Positions 28,633-38,075 of a stretch of DNA of 64,000 bases are shown piece after piece. Source of the DNA: an uncultured Chthonomonadaceae bacterium (GTDB taxonomy: Bacteria; Armatimonadota; Chthonomonadetes; Chthonomonadales; Chthonomonadaceae). The first letter of the stretch is position 1. Every line of letters starts with the position of its first letter. The DNA is taken from assembly GCA_963835065.1 (NCBI GenBank), contig CAWIEK010000001.1:96001-160000 (forward strand), written 5' to 3'. The notes under the pieces were generated by a model, which was not told the origin of the DNA, ran no database searches, and saw nothing but the letters and a program-made list of their open reading frames with translations. The position numbers and the translations under genes are program-made.

Positions 28633-28707
28633 TCTTTTTGTCCCCGTTCTTGTCAGCAAATATGCGCTATAATAAACGTATCGCGCCGCAGGAAAGGAAA
28701 TGTCAAC

Positions 28708-28914
28708 ATGCCCGTGCTGGAATTGACCGATGAGCAGGTTGTAACTCTACTACAGCAATTGCCGGAAGCGCAGAAGCAGCGCGTTCTCCTGCGCCTGCAA
28801 GAACCGTCAGAAGCGCCGAAAACGCCGAAGTTTGGGATTGCGAAAGGCGCTATACGTTACATGGCTCCTGATTTTGATGCGCCTTTAGACGATTTCAAAG
28901 AGTACATGGAATGA
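28708..28914 (+). CDS. DUF2281-like antitoxin (VapB-type)
   Basis: C-terminal FGIAKGAIRYMAPDFDAPLDDFKEYME. GGAAAGGA SD and upstream TATAAT. Confidence 0.75.
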   Translation: MPVLELTDEQVVTLLQQLPEAQKQRVLLRLQEPSEAPKTPKFGIAKGAIRYMAPDFDAPLDDFKEYME

Positions 28915-28945
28915 CGCCTCTACTACTGAACAGGAAAGAAACGGC

Positions 28946-29552
28946 ATGACAAGTACGCTAATTGCCCCTGAAAACGAAACCTTCCCTAACCGCCGACGCT
29001 GGACGCGTCAACAATGCGAACGCCTCGTTGAGATCGGGGAACTTGTTGGACGCTACGAACTGATTGATGGGGAGATCATTTCCAAGATGGGCCAGAATCC
29101 ACCACACCGCATCACGATAAAATTGCTGTTACACTGGCTTATTGGCATATTCGGTGATTTTTATGTGCAAACAGAAGACCCCATTGCCATTCCCGGCGAA
29201 GAAGGCGAAACTACGGAACCGGAACCCGATGTTGCCGTCACTCTCGAACCGACAACCGCCTATCATCAACGCGCATCCCGGCCCCGACGACCTGCTACTC
29301 GTCGTTGAAGTGTCGGATACCACGCGCCGTTTCGATCTGACAACGAAAGCCCTGCTCTACGCCCGTGTCGGCATCCGCGAATACTGGGTCATGGACATTA
29401 CGGAACGCCAAATTCATATTCACCGCGCGCCCACACCCGACGGTTACGCAGATGTGACCATGCACGACCCGGAAGCAATAGTTTTCATTGCCGACCATCC
29501 CGAAACCGCCATTCGCGCCGCCGACCTGTTTCCGCCTATCGCATTAGATTGA
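28946..29552 (+). CDS. Uma2-family endonuclease, apparent frameshift near 29275
   Basis: RYELIDGEII, EPEPDVAV, LVVEVSDTT...KALLYARVGIREYWV motifs. Confidence 0.85.
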
Positions 29553-29620
29553 GTTGGCGCAGAGCGCGTAAAGCGACACAGAGCGCGTAAATCGCCGCGT
29601 AGCGTCCGTGCAATAAATTG

Positions 29621-29739
29621 CGCGGCTATGATAACGTAGGGACATAACATGTTATGTCCTGCCTTCGCGGACTCCATCGTATAAAAATGATCTCTACCGC
29701 ATTGAGTCCGCGTAGGCGGACTTCGTTATCATAGCCGCG
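29621..29739. repeat. Nested REP-like palindromes
   Basis: Outer IR CGCGGCTATGATAACG / CGTTATCATAGCCGCG. Inner GCCTTCGCGGACTC / GAGTCCGCGTAGGC. Embedded GGACATAAC-AT-GTTATGTCC hairpin. Confidence 0.8.
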
Positions 29740-29825
29740 ACAAAGAGATTAAAATAAGTTACTCACGGCGCTTACGGGAACCCTAATACCTAACACCTAA
29801 CACCTAACACCCAACCGAGGTTTGC

Positions 29826-31424
29826 ATGATTATTCCTGACCGTGAGGAGTTTCGCCGTCGCGCCCAACAGGGCAACCTGATCCCCGTGTACCGCGAGATA
29901 CTGGCCGACCGCCTGACGCCCGTGAGCGCGTTTGAAGCCCTGATTGCCGACCGCCCGGATACCGACAATCCCTATGCGTTCCTGCTGGAAAGCGTGGAGG
30001 GCGGCGAGCGGCTGGGGCGCTACTCGTTTCTGGGCGCAAATCCCTCGCTCGTCTTTCGCAGCAAGGGCCGCACAGCAACCATTGAGGAACACGGACACGC
30101 GCAGACAGTGGAAATCGCGCCCGGTCAAGACCCGCTCACGCTCTTGCAGGAACTGTTGAGCCGCTACCGGTACGTGGAAAATGCCGGCCTGCCCCGTTTT
30201 TGCGGCGGCGCGGTCGGCTTCTTCGGCTACGACGTGGTGCGCTTTTTTGAAGACCTGCCCGACAAAAACCCCGATGACTTAAACGTAGACGACGCCTGCT
30301 TCCTGTTCACCGACACCCTCCTGATTTTCGATCACGTCCGCCACCGGATGCAGGTCTTGTGCAACGCCCACGTCACCGGAAATCCCGACGCCGCTTACGA
30401 CGATGCCTGCGCGAAAATTGGGCAATTGGTGGAGCGACTGCGGGGGGAAAGAAAAGGAGAAAAGGAGAAAAGGAGAAGAGGAAACAGGGAACAGGGAACA
30501 GGGAACAGGGAACAGAAGAAGAGAAGACAGAAGACAGAAGGCAGAAGACAGAAGAGGATGCCCAATCAACTATCAACTATCAACTCATCAACTCCTACCT
30601 CTCTTTTTCCTCGTACTGAATACGAAGCCGCCGTCGAGCGCTGCCGGGAGTATATTCTGGCGGGGGATGCGTTTCAGGTGGTGCTTTCGCAGCGGTTTCA
30701 GGTGGAGTTTTCCGCCCCGCCGTTTGACGTGTACCGCGCCCTGCGTTCCGTCAACCCCTCCCCCTATATGTACTATCTGGATATGGGCAAGCGCAAAATC
30801 ATCGGCACGTCGCCCGAAATTCTGGTCACGGTGGAGCAGGAAACGGTACGGGTGCGCCCCATTGCCGGAACCCGCCCACGCGGGAAAACCTCTGACGAAG
30901 ATACCAGTCTGGAAACGGAATTGCTGGCGGACGCCAAAGAACGCGCCGAGCATATCATGCTGGTGGATTTGGGGCGCAACGACATCGGGCGCGTGTGCGA
31001 GTACGGCAGCGTTCAGGTGGATGAACTGATGAACATCGAGCGCTACTCGCATGTGATGCACATCGTTTCCAACGTCACGGGAAAACTGCGGGCGGGCAGT
31101 GACGCCTTCGATGTGATGCGGGCATGTTTCCCGGCGGGAACCGTTTCGGGAGCGCCCAAAGTCCGCGCCATGCAAATCATTGACGAGCAGGAGCCGACGC
31201 GCCGGGGCTTTTACGCCGGTTCCGTTGGCTACTTCAGTTATTCCGGCGATATGGACATGGCAATCACCATCCGCACCATGCTGGTAGACGGCCAAACCGC
31301 GTACTTGCAGGCCGGCGGCGGATTGGTCGCCGACTCCACGCCCGCCAATGAGTATCAGGAGTGCCTCAACAAAGCCCGCGCCCTCGTCACCGCCATCGAA
31401 CTCGCCGAACAAGGATTAGATTAA
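29826..31424 (+). CDS. trpE: Anthranilate synthase component I
   Basis: LLESVEGGERLGRYSF, NPSPYM, PIAGTRPRG, EHIMLVDLGRND and FPAGTVSGAPK motifs. Confidence 0.95.
   Translation: MIIPDREEFRRRAQQGNLIPVYREILADRLTPVSAFEALIADRPDTDNPYAFLLESVEGGERLGRYSFLGANPSLVFRSKGRTATIEEHGHAQTVEIAPGQDPLTLLQELLSRYRYVENAGLPRFCGGAVGFFGYDVVRFFEDLPDKNPDDLNVDDACFLFTDTLLIFDHVRHRMQVLCNAHVTGNPDAAYDDACAKIGQLVERLRGERKGEKEKRRRGNREQGTGNREQKKRRQKTEGRRQKRMPNQLSTINSSTPTSLFPRTEYEAAVERCREYILAGDAFQVVLSQRFQVEFSAPPFDVYRALRSVNPSPYMYYLDMGKRKIIGTSPEILVTVEQETVRVRPIAGTRPRGKTSDEDTSLETELLADAKERAEHIMLVDLGRNDIGRVCEYGSVQVDELMNIERYSHVMHIVSNVTGKLRAGSDAFDVMRACFPAGTVSGAPKVRAMQIIDEQEPTRRGFYAGSVGYFSYSGDMDMAITIRTMLVDGQTAYLQAGGGLVADSTPANEYQECLNKARALVTAIELAEQGLD
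30445..30600 (+). repeat. Composite short tandem repeats in frame in the trpE linker
   Basis: AAAAGGAG, GGGAACA, AAGACAG and CAACTAT arrays. Confidence 0.85.
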
Positions 31425-31763
31425 CCACCCGCTTCGCTAGAGGCACAGAGACACAGAGGTTTCACAGAGAAAAACAGAAGAGGAGAGAGGGGAACCGCGA
31501 AACACACGAACTAAACGAAAAAACACGAAAAGAAGAAAGACGAAAAGAGCATAGACAAATCCGCAGATGCCGCCCAATGCTTAGAATGAACAGGCTTCTC
31601 TTCTCGGTTCCTAATCCTGTTTAATCCTTCTAATCCCGTTAATCCTGTCTATTTCTTTTCCTCCCCTTTTCGTCTTGGTTCGTGTATTTCGCGGTTCCCC
31701 ATCTCCTTTTCTTCCTCTGTGAAACCTCTGTGCCTCTGTGTCTCTAGCCGCAGGCGGGTGGTT
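31423..31763. repeat. ~340-bp nested inverted-repeat element between convergent genes
   Basis: Outer arms AACCACCCGC...CACAGAGGTTTCACAGAG and complement. Inner GGGGAACCGCGAAA / TTTCGCGGTTCCCC. Confidence 0.85.
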
Positions 31764-31766
31764 CAT

Positions 31767-33044
31767 TTATCCTGTTTTTGTAGAGGGTTTGGCGTCGTCG
31801 CGGGGGCGGGTGAGCGGTAAAAGGACGGTGAAGACGGTTCCTTTTTCGGGCAGATTGTCCATGCGCAGTTCGCCGTGATGCAATTCCACGTAGCGGCGCA
31901 CGAGGGGCAGACCCACTTCCCAGCCTTCATAGCCGCGCGTCTGCACGTTTTCCAAACGGGGGAACGGACTGAGCATGTTGGCAAAGGCTTCAGCCGGCAG
32001 ATGCAAAGCCGTGTCGCTCGCCTCCATAATCAGCCAGGGCGTGCTGCGCCGAACGCTCAAAACCACTTCGCCCCCGGCAGGCGTGGCGCGCAGGGCGCTG
32101 GAAAGCAGATGGTACACGACGTGGCGCGCGATATTTTCCGCCATTTCCACCATGCCCAGGTCCTCCGCCAATTGCATCTCAAACCGCACGTTTTTGCGTC
32201 CGGCAAGCGGCATCAGAATTTCGTACAGGTGCTGCAGCATGGCCGTGACATTGACGGGGCGGTATTGCAGCGTCAGCTTGCCCGCGCGAATGTGCAGCAG
32301 GTCGAGCATGTTGCTGATAATCTCATTGAGGTTCTGCGCCGAGTTTTCGATGTTGCTGACCCGCTCCGCCTGCTGTGGCGTCAGTTCGCCATACGTTTCT
32401 TCCAGCAGCAGTTCCGCAAACCCCATGATCGCGGTCAGGGGTGTGCGCAATTCATGCGAGGCATTGCCTAAAAAGCGTTCCGCCAGATGCGCGGTAGCGA
32501 ACGTCTGCTCCTGATGCGCCGCGATCTGCTGTTCCAGCCGTATGATTTCAATGTCGGCAACACAGGCCGCAAGGGCTTCCAGCGCGCCATCCACAAAAAC
32601 CATATCCGGTTTCGCGTCCGCATTGTCCTCGTCTTCCGTTGCCCGGCGCATTTGCGTGGCAAGCAGCCGAAGCATAGGCCGCAAATCCGCCCACGCGACA
32701 GGCAGAGCGACTAATTGCTCGGCGCAGGCGTTCAGGGAATTGCGAAAGCCGTCAAAGGTCGCGGCGTCTTCCGGCCTGGGCAGGTTTGAATCGGGCAGGT
32801 AAACGGCATGTCCGTCCTGGGCAGAGTTGCTGGTCACGTTGTCAAGCGGCAGCCGTTGCGCGGCAGGAGGCGCGTTTTCGCGCAGCAGGTTCAGCACCCC
32901 CGACAGCGCTTTCCACACCGCTCCATTGACGGCAAGCAGGGCCGGGTCAATATGCTTCCAATGTTTTACAGCCTCGGCCTGCCACAAGCGCAGTATCTCC
33001 GAAGTTTTGTTGTGTGCAATCAGGGGCGATGCGGTCATACGCAT
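31767..33044 (-). CDS. HisKA protein with a degenerate HATPase domain (pseudokinase-like)
   Basis: Intact H-box ASHELRTPL. N, G1 and G2 boxes read HLLSSALR, DTALHL and GWEVGL. Confidence 0.8.
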   Translation of the reverse strand: MRMTASPLIAHNKTSEILRLWQAEAVKHWKHIDPALLAVNGAVWKALSGVLNLLRENAPPAAQRLPLDNVTSNSAQDGHAVYLPDSNLPRPEDAATFDGFRNSLNACAEQLVALPVAWADLRPMLRLLATQMRRATEDEDNADAKPDMVFVDGALEALAACVADIEIIRLEQQIAAHQEQTFATAHLAERFLGNASHELRTPLTAIMGFAELLLEETYGELTPQQAERVSNIENSAQNLNEIISNMLDLLHIRAGKLTLQYRPVNVTAMLQHLYEILMPLAGRKNVRFEMQLAEDLGMVEMAENIARHVVYHLLSSALRATPAGGEVVLSVRRSTPWLIMEASDTALHLPAEAFANMLSPFPRLENVQTRGYEGWEVGLPLVRRYVELHHGELRMDNLPEKGTVFTVLLPLTRPRDDAKPSTKTG

Positions 33045-33067
33045 GATTCCTTGCTGTTTCGACGCGC

Positions 33068-33997
33068 TCAGGGCGTTGCCTTGTCTTTAACGTCTTTGTC
33101 TGGACTGTCTTTGTCTTTGCTGTCGCCGGTTTTATCGGCTTTATCCGCTTTGTTGTCCTTGGGCGCGCGCTTACCCACGCGCGTCAGCACCAGGGCGGTC
33201 AGGTCATTGGCGGAATAAACCAGCGCGGACGTGTCGAAGACATGCGCGACGTTGCGCTCCGCCGCCACTTTGCCGACCGTTTGGCGCAGTTTCGCCATTT
33301 GCGCCCGGCGAAACGCTTCCAGGCGCTCGGCCTGCTGCGCGCGGGCATCGTCCTGCCAGTATGGCAAAATGGAAGCCAGCAACCGGCTCTGCTCCTGCAA
33401 TTGTTTCATCCGCGTTTTGTCTTCGGCTGTCAGCAGGTTGTCGGGCTTGATTTGCAGCTTGTTGAGTTCGTCCTGGCGCTGATCCGAAAGCGCGCGCAGG
33501 GCTTTCTGCCGCGTCTGATCCGCCTCTGTTTTTGTGGCCTTGAAGGTAATCGCGCCGTACTCCTGAAGCTCGTTTTCGTCCAGCATGGATACGGTTTTCA
33601 ATTCTTTCAGGCGTGTGCTGATGTCAACGGCGATTTCATTGGCGCGCTGCGCCAGTTGCTCCGGCCCGCCGCTGGCCGCATAAACCCGATCCATGTCCAC
33701 ACAGGCGATTTGCCCGCTCAACAGGGGGGCTTGCAGATTCTCGCGCTCATTGCCCGCCTGCCGCGCATGGCTCATCAGGCCGCCCGCGCCAATCAGCAGC
33801 GCGCACGACAACACGCCGACATGCAGCCAGAGCGAGTTCTTGAACCTGCCGGCGTGAGCGGGATGGCGCAATTCGGGTAGGGAAGGCGGCGTTGAAATGG
33901 CGGTTTCCTGTTTGGTTGTATCGGAAATTGTTTCCGGTGAAGACGGCAGCGCGTGAGCGGAGTAAACAGCGTTTTGCGCGGATGGGTTACGAAACAT
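33068..33997 (-). CDS. OmpH/Skp-like periplasmic chaperone-family protein
   Basis: IACVDMDRV start, helical coiled body, VAAERNVAHVFD...DLTALVL end. Confidence 0.7.
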   Translation of the reverse strand: MFRNPSAQNAVYSAHALPSSPETISDTTKQETAISTPPSLPELRHPAHAGRFKNSLWLHVGVLSCALLIGAGGLMSHARQAGNERENLQAPLLSGQIACVDMDRVYAASGGPEQLAQRANEIAVDISTRLKELKTVSMLDENELQEYGAITFKATKTEADQTRQKALRALSDQRQDELNKLQIKPDNLLTAEDKTRMKQLQEQSRLLASILPYWQDDARAQQAERLEAFRRAQMAKLRQTVGKVAAERNVAHVFDTSALVYSANDLTALVLTRVGKRAPKDNKADKADKTGDSKDKDSPDKDVKDKATP

Positions 33998-34221
33998 TCG
34001 AGAACACCTTTCCTAAACTTCCGTAACGAACGTGAGACGCGCCAACTCGCGTTCTTGTTCTGTGGATATTTGCACATTTTCTTTGTGATGATCTGTAATG
34101 GATTGCTGGATTGTCAACGTTGTTTCGGCGCAGAACTCTGCGGCATTGCGGCATTTGCATCATTGGCTTGGTGGCATGAGCGTTGTCGGCGCAATGTCTG
34201 CATCCTGAATGTTGCGCGCCT

Positions 34222-34869
34222 TTAGCGCGTGAAGACTCGCCGCCCTTCGATGCGCAATCGCCCCTGCGCAAACAATTGCACCGCGCGCGCATACGCCTGG
34301 TGTTCGCAGGGCAGGATACGCGCCGCAAGCGTTTGCGGCGTATCGTCGTCTTCCACAGGCACGGCAGTTTGCAGTATAATAGGGCCTGTGTCATAATGTT
34401 CATCAACGAAATGCACCGTGCATCCGCTGACCTTCATGCCGCTGTCCAGAACGGCCTGATGGACGTGTTCGCCGTACATGCCTCTGCCGCCGAAAAGCGG
34501 CAGCAGGGCGGGATGCACGTTCATAATGCGCCCGGCATACGCGGTCACAATCGGCGGCGGCAATCGGCGCATGTATCCCGCCAGACATATCAATCCGATG
34601 CCATGCCGCGCCAGTACGCTGTGCAGCGCGTCTGCGTAGCCCGCTTCATCGTCCTGGTACTTGCGCGGCGATACGACGGACGTGGGAACCTGCATGGCGC
34701 GGGCGCGTTCCAGAACCGGCGCGTCACTGCGCGTTGCGATGACGACACCCATACGCGCGGCGATTTCTCCCCCGGCGCAGGCGTCCATCAGCGCCTGGAC
34801 ATTGGTTCCCCGACCCTGCCCCGATACAATCGCGGCAATCGCAAGCGGGGGTGAAACAGCATCGCTCAT
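34222..34869 (-). CDS. purN: Phosphoribosylglycinamide formyltransferase
   Basis: SGQGRGTN, LAGYMR, NVHPALLP and GCTVHFVDEHYDTGPII motifs. Confidence 0.95.
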   Translation of the reverse strand: MSDAVSPPLAIAAIVSGQGRGTNVQALMDACAGGEIAARMGVVIATRSDAPVLERARAMQVPTSVVSPRKYQDDEAGYADALHSVLARHGIGLICLAGYMRRLPPPIVTAYAGRIMNVHPALLPLFGGRGMYGEHVHQAVLDSGMKVSGCTVHFVDEHYDTGPIILQTAVPVEDDDTPQTLAARILPCEHQAYARAVQLFAQGRLRIEGRRVFTR

Positions 34870-34990
34870 ATTCAAGACGAGTCCTTCCTGCACAAACGGC
34901 GCAGCCACAGAACATAATTACGCAAAAGTTCCAAACACATTTTGCCGAGGGGCTGAAAACTCCCGGCGCGTTTGTATCCGGTAGCAAAAC

Positions 34991-35776
34991 ATGACGAACT
35001 TGGACGGGCGAAATCGGCGGCATTTCAAGGGACAGTGGGGTTATTTTGGCCTGGCCCTGCTGATTTCCTGCTTTGGGACGGGATGTGGGCGGGCCATCAA
35101 TCGCACGGCGGAGCGGCGCATACGCGAAGCCCTGCCCGATTTGCTCGGCAACGCCCGCGCCTATCGCGCGCATGTGGAAGGATCGGAAACGCGCACACTA
35201 GGCGGCAATATTGCCCGCGTCACCATTGACGGCGACGACGTAGAACTCAGCAACGGCTTATTGCTCGACCACCTGCATCTGGAACTGGAAGGCGTTCGCT
35301 ACGATACGGGCCACAGGCAGGTGCGTGACGTAAAATCCGCCCGCTTTACCGCAACGGTTTCCGCCAAAAGCGTGGATCAATACCTTGCCGGCGAATCGCC
35401 GCCCGGTGAGCGGATTCGCCAGGCGCGCGTGACGTTCGGCGAAGGCAACCGCGTCACCATTGCCGCCGAGCGCATGACGTTGGGTATCGGCGTCCCGTTT
35501 TCCCTGACCGGCCCGCTGCGCGTGTCCGGCCAAAAACTGGAAATTGATCCCACGCGCCTTGTTGTTGTAGGTATTCCTTTAACGGGGGCGCCCATGCGGT
35601 TTTTGGTGCAGCGCTTCGAGGGCGGCGCGAACCTTTCCGTCCTGCCCTTTCCCGTACAACTGACCGATGTTCACACCCAACCCGGCAGCCTGACCCTGAG
35701 CGGCACAGCCAATGTGACCGCCATTCTCCAGCAGGCGCAGCAAACGCCCACTCGCCCCAAAAATAGCCATAAATAG
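34991..35776 (+). CDS. DUF2993/LmeA-like lipoprotein
   Basis: Lipobox-like FGTGC and a beta-rich body ending LTLSGTA. Confidence 0.6.
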   Translation: MTNLDGRNRRHFKGQWGYFGLALLISCFGTGCGRAINRTAERRIREALPDLLGNARAYRAHVEGSETRTLGGNIARVTIDGDDVELSNGLLLDHLHLELEGVRYDTGHRQVRDVKSARFTATVSAKSVDQYLAGESPPGERIRQARVTFGEGNRVTIAAERMTLGIGVPFSLTGPLRVSGQKLEIDPTRLVVVGIPLTGAPMRFLVQRFEGGANLSVLPFPVQLTDVHTQPGSLTLSGTANVTAILQQAQQTPTRPKNSHK

Positions 35777-35777
35777 C

Positions 35778-36872
35778 ATGGATACGCCGACGCCAACAAC
35801 CGAATACGCCGAATGGGAAGCAACGCTTGCCGAGATCGCGCAGCCCGGACGCATGGAAACGACGCTGATATTAGGCGGCATGGACGTAGGGAAAACCACG
35901 TTTACGCGGCTGCTGGTCAACCGGCTTACCGCACACGGGCAGCGCGTCGCCATTGTGGATGGCGATTTGGGGCAGTCCGAGATCGGCCCGCCGACGTGCG
36001 TCGGGCTGGCCTTTGTGGAGCGTCCCGTACTCGCGCTGTCCGACCTGCCCGCCCACGCGCTGGCGTTTGTCGGCAGCACGTCGCCCGTCGGCCATCTGCT
36101 CGATCACGTCGCGGCTGTGCGCCGCCTGGCGGATCAGGCGAACGGGTATCCCCTTGTTGTGGACACCAGCGGGTTTCTATTCGGGTCGGGCGCGCGAAAA
36201 TTAAACCAGATCGAATTTGACCTGCTGACGCCGGCGCATGTCGTAGCCTTGCAGCGGCAGGGGGAACTGGAAGGCATCCTCGCGCCCATGCGCAGGCGTC
36301 ACGGCGTTCGCATCCACGCGCCCGCCATTCCCGCCTGCATCGGCAAAAAGCCGTCCGCGTTTCGCGCGCAGCGACGGGCTATGCGCTTCGCCTCTTATTT
36401 TCAAAACGCCCATCTGCACACTTATAGCTTTGATGACATCGCGTTTGTCGGGGCATGGCTTGGAAGCGGCGTCCCGGTTGCTCCGCATCTGCTGAAGTAT
36501 CTGAACCAGACGCTGCAATCCCGCGCCCGCGTGTATTACGGCGAAACATCGGATCGGCAATTAAATCTGATGGTCAGCCATGCCATTCCGCAGGACGCGC
36601 CGCAGTTGGGACTGGCGCAGCAAACCTTTCGCGCGCAAAGCATCGGCCTGACCGTCGCGCCGCGCCTGCGCCACCTGATGCTCGGCCTGGAAGGAGCAAA
36701 CGGCAAGCTGCTTGGCCTGGGCCTGCTGGAAGCCATTGATTTTCGGCGGCGCGCGTTGGGAGTGCTGACGCCTGTACGCGCGCCGGGCGCTGCCTGTATC
36801 GTCCGCATGGGCAGCCTGCGCGTCCAGCCGGACGGAACGGAAACCGGCGCGCTGAAACCCGGCGAACTATAA
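35778..36872 (+). CDS. Clp1/Grc3/Nol9-family polynucleotide 5'-hydroxyl kinase
   Basis: GGMDVGKTT Walker A, DGDLGQSEIGPP, VVDTSG, RxxRR lid and C-terminal LGLG motifs. Confidence 0.85.
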   Translation: MDTPTPTTEYAEWEATLAEIAQPGRMETTLILGGMDVGKTTFTRLLVNRLTAHGQRVAIVDGDLGQSEIGPPTCVGLAFVERPVLALSDLPAHALAFVGSTSPVGHLLDHVAAVRRLADQANGYPLVVDTSGFLFGSGARKLNQIEFDLLTPAHVVALQRQGELEGILAPMRRRHGVRIHAPAIPACIGKKPSAFRAQRRAMRFASYFQNAHLHTYSFDDIAFVGAWLGSGVPVAPHLLKYLNQTLQSRARVYYGETSDRQLNLMVSHAIPQDAPQLGLAQQTFRAQSIGLTVAPRLRHLMLGLEGANGKLLGLGLLEAIDFRRRALGVLTPVRAPGAACIVRMGSLRVQPDGTETGALKPGEL

Positions 36873-36899
36873 ACATTGGCAGAAATCTAATCAGCACAA

Positions 36900-36960
36900 C
36901 GCGGGCATCTTATTTTTCCGGCTGCGGCGAAAACAGCCGGGAAGAAATAAGATGCCCGCG
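36900..36960. terminator. Long hairpin between convergent genes
   Basis: GCGGGCATCTTATTT...AAATAAGATGCCCGC with inner CCGGCTG / CAGCCGG. Confidence 0.75.
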
Positions 36961-37099
36961 CATAATTTTAGAAACAGGCACTTAACCGAAACGCTCAATG
37001 GAAATCATTGTGTCGGCAAGCGCGCGGCTAAACGAAGGGGCGCTGAAAGTTCGTAGTTCCTGCCTCTCTATCAACTTCGAACTATCAACTCTCAACTGC

Positions 37100-38029
37100 T
37101 TAATCCGCTCTGCCTTTGCCGGCGCTGCCCCCGCCGCCACCGGAAGTGGAAAGCCCCGGACGCTGACGACCACCGCTACCCCCGCCGCTGTTGGGAACAC
37201 CGGGAGCGCCCAGTCCGCCGCCGCCTGCGGAACCGCTGGAGTTGGTGTCAATCAAGTGGGGAGCCTGGTTTTCGCGCAGGAACACTGCGATGGCGACCAC
37301 TTTGCCATTGAGCAAGCTGATCTGAGCGTGGTGGCGGATGTTGTAGTTCAGTACAAGGTTGGTAGACTGCTTATCTACGGTATCCGGCCATCCATACGTG
37401 CCGTACACTTTGGCTGCCGAGTCTCCTAAATGAATACCGCGCTCGGTAGGCTGGCCCTTGAAACGCCCGCGTTCCCACACGGACACACAGCGCTCATCGC
37501 CATTAAAGGCAAAGCAATAGGCTAGTTCGTCACGCGGGTAAAGATAAACCCATATGAAGCCGCCCGACTCGGCAAAGGTAACAGGCTTGTCGCTGGACCC
37601 GGACGCGCCGCCAAGCGCAGAACCGCCCCCACCGGGCGCGCCCAGCCCCCCGCCGCCCTTGCTGGGGGGAGGAGCCAGCAGACCGCCCCCCGGACTGCCG
37701 CCACTGCTCGGCACACCTGGCCCGCCCAGGCCACCACCCACGCCGCCGCCACCGCCGCCGCTGCTCGCATCCGCCATGCCTGTAACTCCGCCCGTTTCCT
37801 TGCCACTGGCATCCATGGCAAAAATGAAGTTCACGGACTCATCGGCGCGATAAACGCGCGACGGCTGCCCATACAATTGCAGGACGCGCTTGTAGCTTTG
37901 CAGCAGGCGCACCCCCAGCAATTCTTTGTCAATCACGCCGACGCGGGCATTTGCGCGTGGAGCCGGAATCCACGCCAGCAAACCGCCCGTGATGCACAGA
38001 CTACACAGCCCGGCTACTCCCTTACGCAT
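37100..38029 (-). CDS. Secreted Gly-rich protein, paralog B
   Basis: Signal peptide, LLGVRLLQSYKRVLQLYGQP and GIHLGDS...YGWP motifs, Gly-rich inserts. GGAG SD. Confidence 0.75.
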   Translation of the reverse strand: MRKGVAGLCSLCITGGLLAWIPAPRANARVGVIDKELLGVRLLQSYKRVLQLYGQPSRVYRADESVNFIFAMDASGKETGGVTGMADASSGGGGGGVGGGLGGPGVPSSGGSPGGGLLAPPPSKGGGGLGAPGGGGSALGGASGSSDKPVTFAESGGFIWVYLYPRDELAYCFAFNGDERCVSVWERGRFKGQPTERGIHLGDSAAKVYGTYGWPDTVDKQSTNLVLNYNIRHHAQISLLNGKVVAIAVFLRENQAPHLIDTNSSGSAGGGGLGAPGVPNSGGGSGGRQRPGLSTSGGGGGSAGKGRAD

Positions 38030-38075
38030 TCTTCACTCCTTCGCTTCGAGTGTTTCGGTTCGAGTGTCCTGTCAG

